Assembly (NCBI GenBank): GCA_002269645.1
Contig: NIVC01001728.1
Location: forward strand, 49,161 to 113,160
DNA: 64,000 bases
Reading direction: 5' to 3'
DNA from: Macrostomum lignano
Lineage: Eukaryota
Part shown: positions 14,091-26,741 of the stretch, in pieces
Layout: each line of letters begins with the position of its first letter
How positions within the stretch are numbered: position 1 is the stretch's first letter
Notes under the pieces: generated by a model
What the model saw: only the letters and a program-made list of their open reading frames with translations
Database searches by the model: none
Told to the model about the DNA's origin: nothing
Program-made: the position numbers and the translations under genes

Positions 14091-16440
14091 TAGAGGCTAG
14101 AGTTTTCCTGACATTCTGTGCAGCACCCCAGCCAACAATATCAATGTTTGCCTCAAATCCTAATTTTACATGAATGTACTCTATTTTATGTTTAACTCTA
14201 TCCCAACTAATAAATGTTTTTGTTTGAGTTTAATCTCAATATATGCAAAAATAGTTCCGGGGATTGGAATTCCCCGGGTTCAAAATCTGCGGGTTTTAAC
14301 AGCTTGTAATATAACGATACAAGTTAAAACAAAATATATTTAAGTAATCACTAATTTTATAAACTTTTGATCAAAAGACCTGTTCTTGATTCTTGTGTTT
14401 TTTAGGGTTGGGATCCTGGTCCCATGAGAATACAATTTTTCTTAGGATCCCAGGATTTTGAGATTGGGATCAGGATCCTGTCCTACTTCTAATTGATAAC
14501 TTCACTTGTCAATTATTGCTGCTCTTTGTTTGCACTTAAAATTAAACACTATTTTCATACTATTTTTTTCTTCAGTTTCAAGTATTTAGCATTTGATTTA
14601 TTATCCAAAGTTGTGACTAAAAATTATGACAAGAGAAAAGGACACTATATTGAATTTTTTCATTTTTTATTCATTTTAATAATAGCAATTAGCCTAGGTT
14701 TCTACCTGCACAATTTTTTACCCTGCACAAAAATAATTTTGTTGTGAGTGGCAGCATTAGACTACACTTTAACTGCACCCACTTTTTAATTTTAGGGTGC
14801 AATTTCAAAATTTAGGGTAAATACATATACTATATCATTCAAAAAAAGCCAAGACATGTTTTATAGCATATTTTTATGCTAGTATTTTTAAGTCTCATAG
14901 TTTGGTCTTTGTTTTTGTATACAACTATATTTATTTAGTATTCAACAGCATTTGTAAATTGAGTTTACAATAGTTTTTATTCGGCCTTAGGCCTAGTAGA
15001 TGACAAACTGACCAAAATATAAAGCATGCCATTGGGCTAGATGACAAAGTTAAAAATTTCAAAGTGTAGGTCAAGACCATTAAAAATTTCTTATTACTTT
15101 TATTAGATAGTAAGCTTATTGTATTGTAGAGACCTAGGCTAGGCCTATAAAGTACATAGTATACTTGCCATTTTTCTATTATTTTATGTTGTATCATATT
15201 GCAAAAAAAATAAACAGGAAACCAAAATTCAAAAAAGGTCCCCGGGTTCAAAGGATGCAAGTAGCAAGTAATACAAGTAGAATGACATTTTTTTTGCACT
15301 GCTAGGCCTAATAATGTGTAGCCTATCTTTACTTTTCAGCAAAGGTTTCAGAATAGGGCCTAATTCATAATACATTTGAAAAGTGTTGCTTAAAAAATCA
15401 TATAAATATATATTGCAACCATTTTTATGCATGCTAAGACCTATTTCATGATTAAAATATAAAAAAAATACTAGGGCTAGGCTAAATCATAAAAAAACTT
15501 GTTATCTAAATCAATTTGATTAACAATTAATGTTATTGATAATATTGACATTATTATTATTAATATTACTGTTAGTAACTAGTATGCAAAAACAAATTAA
15601 TATATTCAAATATTATATTGGACAGCTCATAGAGCTGTTCAATCTGCTGCCTAAGAATTGGGAGGTAGTCGCCCTTAAGGGTAAGTATACCAAAGCCATG
15701 AAGGAGGATCATTGCAATAGTTGCAATGACCATTGATTATTTTTTGCTTTAAAATGCATCCCAGTTTGAAACCAACCCTGAAAATAAATCTTTGCAGTCA
15801 TAGACAAAGTTTTTTACTTGTAGTAGTTAGGTTGAAATTGCAATTTACTTTCTTGAACCTTGTCACTAAATGACCCATAACTTGGCAACAGAATTACCAA
15901 GAGAAACTTTTAACACTCAACTGAAGTATCTTTGCATGTTGCTGTTTAAGATGAATTTTAATTCAGGCAATTTCAATGTGCTAGTTTAAAAGTTATATGC
16001 AAGCAATCAACTATTCCTATGAACAGCCCTTATATATGGTAAATTACAGCTCTGTATATTGTAGAATTCCCTAGATGCATAGACCTAGTCTGTTATTTAT
16101 CATTTATTATTCACGTTGATAATATTTATTTTCACAATCATGAGAACAGCATAAGCAAGTAAAAGAACAAGGCGTATGCTATGCTTCTACCTGCCTAAGC
16201 TTGTTTAAATTGTTAATTTGTATAGTTATTGTCCTTTTTCTTATTGTTGGCATCATGAAACTAAGATCTTGACGCTGGATACACTAAAATAGCAATACCT
16301 TAGTGGTCTCCATATCATCTCCCTCTATTGAGTTCTCTGCATGTTTATAAAAATAGGCAAGTTAGACAAATATACAAAAGGCCCCATTCTGCATACATTA
16401 CCTATCAAAGCAGTTGTCAGTGCATCATATTGCTTAATGC

Positions 16441-16699
16441 ATGAGTGCCTCACGCTCAGCTTCACGCTCTCGAAGTGGCAGCCGCAGCCGCAGCCGCAGT
16501 CTCAGTGCCGGCAGAGGCGGAGGCGGCAGTCGCAGCGGCGGGGTTGGCCGTCCAATGGCGCCGCAGTCCAGGTCACCGTCAAGGTCAAGGTCAAAATCGA
16601 GATCTAACAAATCTGAATCGAGGTCGCCCTATCGTTCGCGACCAAGGTCAAGGTCGCCGCCTAGGTCCCATTCTAGATCGAAGTCTCGGGATAGCTATG
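16441..16699 (+). CDS. TRA2: Transformer-2 homolog, coding exon 1 (RS1 domain)
   Basis: MSASRSASRSRSGSRSRSRS... RS-rich. Donor G|GTATGT at 16699/16700 is phase 1 and joins exon 2 in frame (G+AT = Asp). Confidence 0.85.
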
Positions 16700-16720
16700 G
16701 TATGTAGGCTGAGACAACAC

Positions 16721-19700
16721 CCAGACATTGTGGGGAGTGAGGGTGCAGACACCCACAGACACTGGGGAATGAGGGTGCAGACACCCACAGACACTGGGAA
16801 ATGAGGGTACAGAGTACAGACACCCAGAGACACTGGGAAATGAGGGTGCAGACACCCACAGACACTGGGAAATGAGAGTACAGACACCCAGAGACACTGG
16901 GGAATAAGGGTGCAGACACCAACAGACACTGGAGAATGAGGGTGCAGACACCCACAGACACTGGGGAATGGGGGTGCAGACACCCAGAGATACTGGGGAA
17001 TGAGGGTGCAGACACCCACAGACACTGGGGAATGAGGGTGCAGACACCCACAGACACTGGGGAATGAGGGTGCAGACACCCACAGACACTGGGAAATGAG
17101 GGTACAGAGTACAGACACCCAGAGACACTGGGTAATTGGGGTGCAGACACCCAGAAATACTGGGAAATGAGGGTGCAGACACCTACAGACACTGGGAATG
17201 AGGGTGCAGACACATACAGACACTGGGAATGAGGGTGCAGACACCTACAGACACTGGGAATGAGGGTGCAGACACCTACAGACACTGGGAATGAGGGTGC
17301 AGACACCCAGAGACACTGGGGAATGAGGGTGCAGACACCAACAGACACTGGAGAATGAGGGTGCAGACACCCACAGACACTGGGGAATGAGGGTGCAGAC
17401 ACCCACAGACACTGGGAATGAGAGTGCAGACACCCAGAGACACTGGGAATAAGGGTGCAGACACCAACAGACACTGGAGAATGAGGGTGCAGACACCCAC
17501 AGACACTGGGGAATGAGGGTGCAGACACCCAGAGACACTGGGGAATGAGGGTGCAGACACCCAGAGACACTGGGGAATGAGGGTGCAGACACCCACAGAC
17601 ACTGGGGAATGAGGGTGCAGACACCCACAGACACTGGGGAATGAGGGTGCAGACACCCACAGACACTGGGAAATGAGGGTACAGAGTACAGACACCCAGA
17701 GACACTGGGGAATGGGGGTGCAGACACCCAGAGATACTGGGAAATGAGGGTGCAGACACCTACAGACACTGGGAATGAGGGTGCAGACACCTACAGACAC
17801 TGGGAATGAGGGTGCAGACACCTACAGACACTGGGAATGAGGGTGCAGACACCTACAGACACTGGCAATGAGGGTGCAGACACCCACAGACACTGGGGAA
17901 TGAGGGTGCAGACACCAACAGACACTGGAGAATGAGGGTGCAGACACCCACAGACACTGGGGAATGAGGGTGCAGACACCCACAGACACTGGGAAATGAG
18001 GGTACAGAGTACAGACACCCAGAGACACTGGGAAATGAGGGTGCAGACACCCACAGACACTGGGAAATGAGAGTACAGACACCCAGAGACACTGGGGAAT
18101 AAGGGTGCAGACACCAACAGACACTGGAGAATGAGGGTGCAGACACCCACAGACACTGGGGAATGGGGTGCAGACACCCAGAGACACTGGGGAATGAGGG
18201 TGCAGACACCCACAGACACTGGGGAATGAGGGTGCAGACACCCACAGACACTGGGGAATGAGGGTGCAGACACCCACAGACACTGGGAAATGAGGGTACA
18301 GAGTACAGACACCCAGAGACACTGGGAATTGGGGTGCAGACACCCAGAACTGGGAAATGAGGGTGCAGACACCTACAGACACTGGGAATGAGGGTGCAGA
18401 CACATACAGACACTGGGGAATGAGGGTGCAGACACCTACAGACACTGGGAATGAGGGTGCAGACACCTACAGACACTGGGAATGAGGGTGCAGACACCCA
18501 CAGACACTGGGGAATGAGGGTGCAGACACCAACAGACACTGGAGAATGAGGGTGCAGACACCCACAGACACTGGGAATGAGGGTGCAGACACCCACAGAC
18601 ACTGGGGAATGAGAGTGCAGACACCCAGACACTGGGAATAAGGGTGCAGACACCAACAGACACTGGGAATGAGGGTGCAGACACCCACAGACACTGGGAA
18701 TGAGGGTGCAGACACCCAGAGACACTGGGAATGAGGGTGCAGACACCCAGAGACACTGGGAATGAGGGTGCAGACACCCACAGACACTGGGGAATGAGGG
18801 TGCAGACACCCACAGACACTGGGGAATGAGGGTGCAGACACCCAGAGACACTGGGGAATGGGGTGCAGACACCCAGAGACACTGGGAAATGAGGGTGCAG
18901 ACACCTACAGACACTGGGAATGAGGGTGCAGACACACAGACACTGGGAATGAGGGTGCAGACACCTACAGACACTGGGAATGAGGGTGCAGACACCTACA
19001 GACACTGGGAATGAGGGTGCAGACACCCAGAGACACTGGGGAATGAGGGTGCAGACACCAACAGACACTGGAGAATGAGGGTGCAGACACCACAGACACT
19101 GGGAATGAGGGTGCAGACACCCACAGACACTGGGGAATGAGAGTGCAGACACCCAGAGACACTGGGGAATAAGGGTGCAGACACCCAGAGACACTGGGGA
19201 ATGAGGGTGCAGACACCCACAGACACTGGGGAATGAGGGTGCAGACACCCAGAGACACTGGGGAATGAGGGTGCAGACACCCAGAGACACTGGGGAATGA
19301 GGGTGCAGACACCCACAGACACTGGGGAATGAGGGTGCAGACACCCAGAGACACTGGGGAATGAGGGTGCAGACACCTACAGACACTGGGAATGAGGGTG
19401 CAGACACCCACAGACACTGGGGAATGAGGGTGCAGACACCCACAGACACTGGGAAATGAGAGTGCAGACACCCAGAGACACTGGGGAATAAGGGTGCAGA
19501 CACCAACAGACACTGGAGAATGAGGGTGCAGACACCCACAGACACTGGGGAATGAGGGTGCAGACACCCAGAGACACTGGGGAATGAGGGTGCAGACACC
19601 TACAGACACTGGGAATGAGGGTGCAGACACCCACAGACACTGGGGAATGAGGGTGCAGACACCCACAGACACTGGGAAATGAGAGTGCAGACACCCAGAG

Positions 19701-20400
19701 ACACTGGGGAATAAGGGTGCAGACACCAACAGACACTGGAGAATGAGGGTGCAGACACCCACAGACACTGGGAATGAGGGTGCAGACACCCAGAGACACT
19801 GGGAATGAGGGTGCAGACACCCACAGACACTGGGGAATGAGGGTGCAGACACCTACAGACACTGGGAATGAGGGTGCAGACACCTACAGACACTGGGAAT
19901 GAGGGTGCAGACACATACAGACACTGGGGAATGAGGGTGCAGACACCCACAGACACTGGGGAATGAGGGTGCAGACACCCACATACACTGGGGAATGAGG
20001 GTGCAGACACCCACAGACACTGGGGAATGAGGGTGCAGACACCCACGGACACTGGGGAATGAGGGTGCAGACACCCACAGACACTGGGCAATAAGGGTGC
20101 AGACACCCACAGACACTGGAGAATGAGGGTGCAGACACCCACAGACACTGGGCAATGAGGGTGCAGACACCCACAGACACTGGGGAATGAGGGTGCAGAC
20201 ACCCAGAGACACTGGGGAATGAGGGTGCAGACACCCAGAGACACTGGGAATGAGGGTGCAGACACCCACAGACACTGGGGAATGAGGGTGCAGACACCCA
20301 CAGACACTGGGAATGAGGGTGCAGACACCCACAGACACTGGGGAATGAGGGTGCAGACACCCAGAGACACTGGGGAATGAGGGTGCAGACACCTAGAGAC
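16721..20400. repeat. 31/32-bp minisatellite (GAGGGTGCAGACACCCACAGACACTGGG(G)AAT), about 115 copies, filling Tra2 intron 1
   Basis: Unit read directly. It explains all the VSAPSFP and CLHPHS antisense ORFs. Confidence 0.98.
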
Positions 20401-20450
20401 TTGTGTGGTGCATGCAGCATTGTGAATCAACTTGTCGCTTTGCCACCCAG

Positions 20451-21059
20451 ATCGTCGGGACCGCCGCGCAGCTCCCCGCAGCCGCAGTCGCAGCGGCCGC
20501 AGCCGGGACCGCAATCGCAGCCGGTCGCCGATGTCCAGCCGCAAGCGGCACGTTGGCGACCGGGACAACCCCAAGGCGAGCAAATGCCTCGGCGTGTTCG
20601 GCCTGAGCCTGCGCACCACAGAGGAGGATCTGCGCCATCTGTTTGGCCGCTACGGCCGGCTGGAGGATGTGCAGCTGGTGAAGGACAACCACACCAGGCG
20701 GTCGCGCGGATTTGCCTTCGTCTATTTTGAATCTCTAGATGACGCCACGTACGCCAAGGAGCGCTGCCACGGCAAAGAGCTGGACGGGCGCAATATGCGT
20801 TGCGATTTTTCCATAACTCGCCGGGCGCACACTCCCACGCCTGGCGTCTATCTTGGCGCACCCGGTGGCGCCCCTTCGCGCGGCTACGGCGGCGGCGGCG
20901 GCTCGCGAAATTATTCGGATCGCGGCGGCGGCTATGGCCGAGACAGGCGTTACGGCGGTGGCGGCGATGGTTACTATGACAACGGAGGCGGCGGCGGTAG
21001 CAGGCGGAGTCGCAGTCGCTCCTACGACAGATCGGATCATCGGAATCGATACGGTTATG
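20451..21059 (+). CDS. TRA2: Transformer-2 homolog, coding exon 2 (RRM plus Gly-rich/RS2 region)
   Basis: Acceptor CCACCCAG|AT. Tra2-diagnostic [24 protein letters not shown] (RNP2), SRGFAFVYF (RNP1) and [18 protein letters not shown]. Phase-1 donor at 21059/21060, with an alternative at 21053/21054. Confidence 0.95.
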
Positions 21060-21099
21060 GTTGGCTCATGAATAATTTGGTTTTAATTATTAGTAACTA

Positions 21100-21450
21100 G
21101 GCACTTCGGTCCTTTGATAGAGATCCACTTCCCTCACTTCCGTCCTTGATGCAGGTCCGCTTTCCTCACTTCTGGTGCTTCATTGGAGGTCCGCTACTTA
21201 CTTTCGGTCCCTTATTGAAGATTCGCTACTCACTTCCGGTCCCTTATTAAAGATCCGCTACTCACTACCGGTCCTTTATTGGAGGTCCGCTACTCACTTC
21301 CGGTCTTTTGATGAAAGTCCGCTACCCACATCCGGTCCTTTATTGGAGGTCCGCTACTCACCCGGTCGGTTATTGGAGTTCCCCTACTCGCTTCCAGTCT
21401 TTTGATGAAGGTCCGCTATTCACTTTCGGTCCTTTGATGGAGGTCCGCTA
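21100..21450. repeat. Degenerate 32-34-bp tandem repeat (GGTCCGCTACTCACTTCCGGTCCTTTATTGGA) in Tra2 intron 2
   Basis: About ten diverged copies read directly. Confidence 0.85.
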
Positions 21451-21609
21451 GAATATGTGGCCGGGGTAGCCTGCCAGCTTCAGCCTCAGCTTTCTTAGCA
21501 CAAGTTTTGGAAGAAAACCATTGAATGTCTGCCTATTAATATTGCAGATATCTTTAATGGTTTCACAATTCTTAGCGTTTAGTAAGGTTAGATTAATTTT
21601 CCTTTTCAG

Positions 21610-21620
21610 ATCGCTACTGA
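21610..21620 (+). CDS. TRA2: Transformer-2 homolog, terminal coding micro-segment (D-R-Y-stop); about 292 aa in total
   Basis: Strong acceptor TTAATTTTCCTTTTCAG|ATCGCTACTGA, phase-1 compatible. The C-terminal RY matches the Tra2 family ending (..RRY). Confidence 0.7.
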
Positions 21621-22175
21621 TGGTCCTGTGCATCCGCGGCCAGGCTTGCAGTTGTGCTGTTTTTAAACTTTGTAAGACTGCCATTGGCCCGGCCACTTCA
21701 ATGCCAGCTATTCTGGGGTGGAATGTACTTTTGTCTGTTGTCACTTTTATTGGTATTTGTTATCTAATCCAGTCCAGTTACAATATGTTATGAATACAAG
21801 TTGGTTTTGTCTCATCCTTCTTACCTGGCAGCAGAAGCGGGCTCGTGTATTCTGAGAGCTGACATCAAACAGATCTGAGCTGACTGTTGGCACTTTAACG
21901 TTCCTTAATACAATATAGTGTTTGTTTTTTGTTCAACTAATTTACTAAACTCAAATCAGCTAATTTAATTTTTTCCCTTCTAAGTTTTTTTTTCTCGTCT
22001 AAACTCTTACTTTGCTACTGTCGTGAGTAGACGTCTTGGGTAATCTGACATTTTGCTCCGACGATACGTTGAACGCAAGGGTTTTTAAAATTAGTTTTAA
22101 ATGATGTTTTACTCTGGTGTTCGTCCGGCCTTTCACTTACGCTTGAAATCCCCCCATTCCGCCTGTTCTATAAAG

Positions 22176-22321
22176 GTTTTCTGAGAAGATTAAGGACAAG
22201 AGTGGCTATTGACAAGTGATGAAGATTAACAAGACGGGTTGACAAGAGAAGTGTGAAGATGATGAGAAGAGAGAACGAAGTAAGACAGTCTGACAGGGCT
22301 AGAAGAAGTGAAGATTTCTAG
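22176..22321 (+). other. Candidate purine-rich (AGAA-rich) non-coding or poison exon downstream of the Tra2 stop
   Basis: Acceptor CCTGTTCTATAAAG|G at 22175/22176 and perfect donor TAG|GTAAGT at 22321/22322 (second donor CAG|GTAAGT at 22411/22412). Six AGAA and four other NGAA motifs in 146 nt. Confidence 0.5.
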
Positions 22322-23004
22322 GTAAGTTGCTCAAGCCTTTAATAAGATTTTGTGTGAGCTATCCTGCCCGGATCCGTCTGTCTTCTCCTGTGGGTAAAAG
22401 TTGAACTGCAGGTAAGTGCGACCTGGTGATTCATTAATAGTAGTGCTAATAATAACTTTATATATGTCAACTATGAACAAATACAAATAACAATAATAAT
22501 ACTAAACCCTGTGCTCAAGCAAGTCTTATTATAATTCAGCGTTTCATTTCTGTCGGTTTGTACGAAAGTCTCTTTGTTCTTGTTTTCTTTTTATTGCCTC
22601 TGAGCACTATAGCTAAGTAGCATAGATTAAATAAGAGTTTAGTAAGCGCTTTCTTATCAGTCAGCAATATAAGTATACGTAAGCGCCTACTTATAGATAG
22701 ATGACCTGCCATCTGGCAGTCTAGCACTGTGGCTTATCCCCTCACCTTGTGCAGTTCATCTGCTTATAGTACAATAGCAGCCACACGGGCTGCTCACTCA
22801 AGGCATGTTGATGTTGCTGTTTTCCAGAGTATAGGAATTCCTGCAAAAGTGAAACGCTTAGTCGCTTATAGTGTATTTTTTCTCAAGCAAGTTTGACCTT
22901 CCCTTTTTATTGCCATTTATTATACCACTGAAACTAAAACTTAAGAGCTTTCATGCAAAGCTAAAAATTTAAATAAAAGGTCTAAAATCCAGGATGAATA
23001 ATCT

Positions 23005-23950
23005 CCTTCCCAAAGCTAAAATCCCCAATCCCTTATCAATAATCCCCATCCCAAAGCTAAGATCCTCAATCCCTTATCAATAATCCCTATCCCAAAGCAG
23101 AGATCCCCAATCCCTTATCAATAATCTCAATCCCAAAGCTAAGATCCCCAATCACGCATCAATAATCCCAATCCCAAAGCTAAGATCCCCAATCACGCAT
23201 CAATAATCCCACTCCCAAAGCTAAGATCCCCAATCCCTTATCAATAATCCCCTTCCCAAGGCTAAGATCCCCAATCACGCATCAATAATCCCCTTCCCAA
23301 AGCTAAGATTCCCAATCCCTTATCAATAATCCCAATCCCAAAGCTAAGATCCCCAATCACGAATCAATAATCCCCTTCCCAAAGCTAAGATTCCCAATCC
23401 CTTATCAATAATCCCAATCCCAAAGCTAAGATCCCCAATCACGCATCAATAATCCCCATCCCAAAGCTAAGATCCCCTATCACGCATCAATAATCCCCAT
23501 CCAAAAGCTAAGATCCCCAATCACGAATCAATAATCCCCATCCCAAAGCTAAGATCCCCAATCCCTTATCAGTAATCCCCATCCCAAAGCTAAGATCCCC
23601 AACCCCTTATCAGTAATCCCCATCCCAAAGCTAAGATCCCCAACCCCGCATCAATCAATAATCCCCATCCCAAAGCAGAGATACCCAATCCTTTATCAAT
23701 AATCCTCATCCCAAAGCAGAGATCCCCAATCCCGCATCAGTCAATAATCCCCATCCCAAGGCAGAGATCCCCAATCCCGCATCAATCAATAATCCCCATC
23801 CCAAAGCAGAGATCCCCAATCCCGCATCAATCAATAATCCCCATCCCAAAGCAGAGATCCCCAATCCCGCATCAATCAATAATCCCCATCCCAAAGCTGA
23901 GATCCCCAATCCCGCATCAAGAATCCCCATCCCAAAGCTGATATCCCCAA
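23005..23950. repeat. 41-bp minisatellite grading into a 45-bp variant (ATCCCCAATCCCTTATCAATAATCCCCATCCCAAAGCTAAG)
   Basis: Read directly; lies between Tra2 and NELF-B. Confidence 0.95.
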
Positions 23951-24188
23951 CCGCGAGTATGCAAAAAATATCTAAGTGATACTTTCGATGTTTACACGTG
24001 CCAGTTGGTCAGGTAGTGATTACCGAGTGAAAATAGTAACATTAATTACAGATTTAGTATAGTTAGAAGTAAAATACACCTTGAGCGCACAAGTTGGTCT
24101 CATTTGTTCCAGCGCAAATCATTTGCCTCAAAGTCTAACAGAACTGGAAGGCCCATAGTAACAGATTGTTTCGACTAATTAACCAAGC

Positions 24189-24413
24189 ATGTCTTCATCC
24201 GCGCCGGCAAACTTCAAAGACGCCCTGCGCAGACACCTGGACTCGAGCAGTAACCGCTTGCCCAATGAGATCATTGAGTCCTGGCAGGCTGAGAACTCCA
24301 TCCGCCTGCCATCGCTGGACGCGGCTCTGCCTCTGCTGGACCGGGTGAAGGTTCGGCGGTACGACTTCTACCAGGCCACCGCTGAGCTGCTGCGGGACCG
24401 CCTGCTCACCCGG
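24189..24413 (+). CDS. NELFB: Negative elongation factor B (COBRA1), exon 1
   Basis: IIESWQAENSIRLPSLDAALPLLD...FYQATAELLRDRLLTR matches the NELF-B N-terminus (AIEQFQTENGVLLPSLQSALPFLD...LRDKLLER). Donor CGG|GTGAGT, phase 0. Confidence 0.92.
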
Positions 24414-24440
24414 GTGAGTACAGCTGCACCCACCCCACTC

Positions 24441-25040
24441 TCAGGATCTCAACTCTACCCACCCCAACTCCATCTCAACTCTACCCACCCCAACTCTCAT
24501 CATCTCAACTCTACCCACCCCCACTCTCAGCATCTCAACTCTACCCTCCCCAACTCTCAGCATCTCAACTCTACCCACCCCAACTCTCAGCATCTCAACT
24601 CTACCCTCCCCAACTCTCAGCATCTCAACTCTACCCACCCCAACTCTCAGCATCTCAACTCTACCCACCCCCACTCTCAGCATCTCAACTCTACCCACCC
24701 CAACTCTCAGCATCTCAACTCTACCCTCCCCAACTCTCAGCATCTCAACTCTACCCACCCCAACTCTCAGCATCTCAACTCTACCCACCCCCACTCTCAG
24801 CATCTCAACTCTACCCACCCCAACTCTCAGCATCTCAACTCTACCCTCCCCAACTCTCAGCATCTCAACTCTACCCACCCCAACTCTCAGCATCTCAACT
24901 CTACCCACCCCAACTCTCAGCATCTCAACTCTACCCACCCCCACTCTCAGCATCTCAACTCTACCCACCCCCACTCTCAGCATCTCAACTCTACCCTCCC
25001 CAACTCTCAGCATCTCAACTCTACCCACCCCAACTCTGCA
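24441..25040. repeat. 30-bp minisatellite (CATCTCAACTCTACCCACCCCAACTCTCAG), about 19-20 copies, in NELF-B intron 1
   Basis: Read directly; translates in frame as HLNSTHPNSQ. Confidence 0.97.
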
Positions 25041-25073
25041 TCTCAGCTCCACCAACTCAAAAAATCTGCCCAG

Positions 25074-25493
25074 ATCCGAGAGCTGGCCGCCACAGGTCGC
25101 CGTTCGAGTTACAAACGAATGGCCGAACTGCTCGAAGCGTCGTTTCCTTACCTGTCGGTGCCGACTCTCCGACCTGTGCCGATGACGCTGCTGGAGCACC
25201 TGACCACCCTGCTGGAGATGCACAAGCCAGCGGTGCGCCCCCGGCTCAAGGACAAGTACTTAAAAGCGATTGCCAGCTCCGCAGAGCTCTACTCTGCCGC
25301 TCCCGTGGCAGTTAAACGTTTAATCTGGGAAGGCGATCCCAAACTATTCGTGTCCGAGATATCGCCTCTGTTGGACGAATTTGTCCGATCCAGAGCCGTC
25401 ACTGGCCTGTGCCTGGCCGACATTGACCAGCCGATGTTGACTGTGCCGTCCAAGACTCGGCGCCAGCTGCCCGTGATTCAGCATCTTCTGCAG
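25074..25493 (+). CDS. NELFB: NELF-B exon 2
   Basis: Acceptor TCTGCCCAG|ATC. YKRMAELLEASF, VAVKRLIW, SPLL and PSKTRRQ match NELF-B. Donor CAG|GTTGGA, phase 0. Confidence 0.92.
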
Positions 25494-25497
25494 GTTG

Positions 25498-26625
25498 GAA
25501 TTGAGCAGACATTGAATAGACATTGAGCAGGCATTGAACAGACATTGAATGGACATTGAGCAGGCACTGAATGGACATTGAGCAGGCATTGAGCAGGCAT
25601 TGAACAGACATTGAATGGACATTGAGCAGGCACTGAATGGACATTGAGCAGGCATTGAGCAGGCATTGAACAGACATTGAATGGACATTGAGCAGGCACT
25701 GAATGGACATTGAGCAGGCATTGAGCAGGCATTGAACAGACATTGAATAGACATTGAGCAGGCATTGAATGGACATTGAGCAGGCATTGAATAGACATTG
25801 AGCAGGCATTGAGCAGGCATCGAGCAGGCATTGAATAGACATTGAGCAGGCATTGAGCAGGCATTGAATGGACATTGAGCAGGCATTGAATAGACATTGA
25901 GCAGGCATTGAATGGACATTGAGCAGGCATTGAATAGACATTGAGCAGGCATTGAGCAGGCATCGAGCAGGCATTGAATAGACATTGAGCAGGCATTGAG
26001 CAGGCATTGAATGGACATTGAGCAGGCATTGAATAGACATTGAGCAGGCATTGAGCAGGCATCGAGCAGGCATTGAATAGACATTGAGCAGGCATTGAGC
26101 AGGCATTGAATGGACATTGAGCAGGCATTGAACAGGCATCGAGCAGGCATTGAATAGACATTGAGCAGGCATTGAGCAGGCATTGAACAGACATTGAGCA
26201 GGCATTGAGCAGGCATTGAATGGACATTGAGCAGGCATTGAACAGGCATCGAGCAGGCATTGAATAGACATTGAGCAGGCATTGAGCAGGCATTGAATGG
26301 ACATTGAGCAGGCATTGAATAGACATTGAGCAGGCATTGAGCAGGCATTGAATGGACATTGAGCAGGCATTGAATAGACATTGAGCAGGCATTGAGCAGG
26401 CATTGAATGGACATTGAGCAGGCATTGAATAGACATTGAGCAGGCATTGAGCAGGCATTGAATGGACATTGAGCAGGCATTGAATAGACATTGAGCAGGC
26501 ATTGAATAGACATTGAGCAGGCATTGAGCAGGCATTGAATGGACATTGAGCAGGCATTGAATAGACATTGAGCAGGCATTGAGCAGGCATTGAACAGACA
26601 TTGAGCAGGTATTGAGCAGGCACTG
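25498..26625. repeat. 11-bp composite minisatellite (CATTGAGCAGG / CATTGAAT(A/G)GA), about 100 units, in NELF-B intron 2
   Basis: Read directly; source of the NACSM and QCLLN ORFs. Confidence 0.97.
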
Positions 26626-26741
26626 AGAGTTACTGAGTAGGCCGAACGAAGCATTCGATAAACGCTGACTAGGCACCGATTATTAACTCAGTAAACACTG
26701 AGTAGGCAGCAAGCAAGCCGCTCCCACTTTTCCCCTCGCAG

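Noticed and set aside
16648-20420. Many overlapping 120-390 aa minus-strand ORFs (VSAPSFP / CLHPHS repeats)
   Set aside because: They are translations of the 31/32-bp intronic minisatellite, antisense to Tra2 and open in several frames at once.
21820-21831. CTTACCTGGCAG, matching the 5' end of U1 snRNA
   Set aside because: Only 12 nt match, with no U1 stem-loops or Sm site downstream. It is equally explained as a chance match or a minus-strand donor-like sequence.
25344-26676. Cys-rich 380-436 aa ORFs (NACSMPAQC) that look metallothionein- or keratin-like
   Set aside because: They come from the 11-bp repeat in NELF-B intron 2 and are open in all three minus-strand frames.
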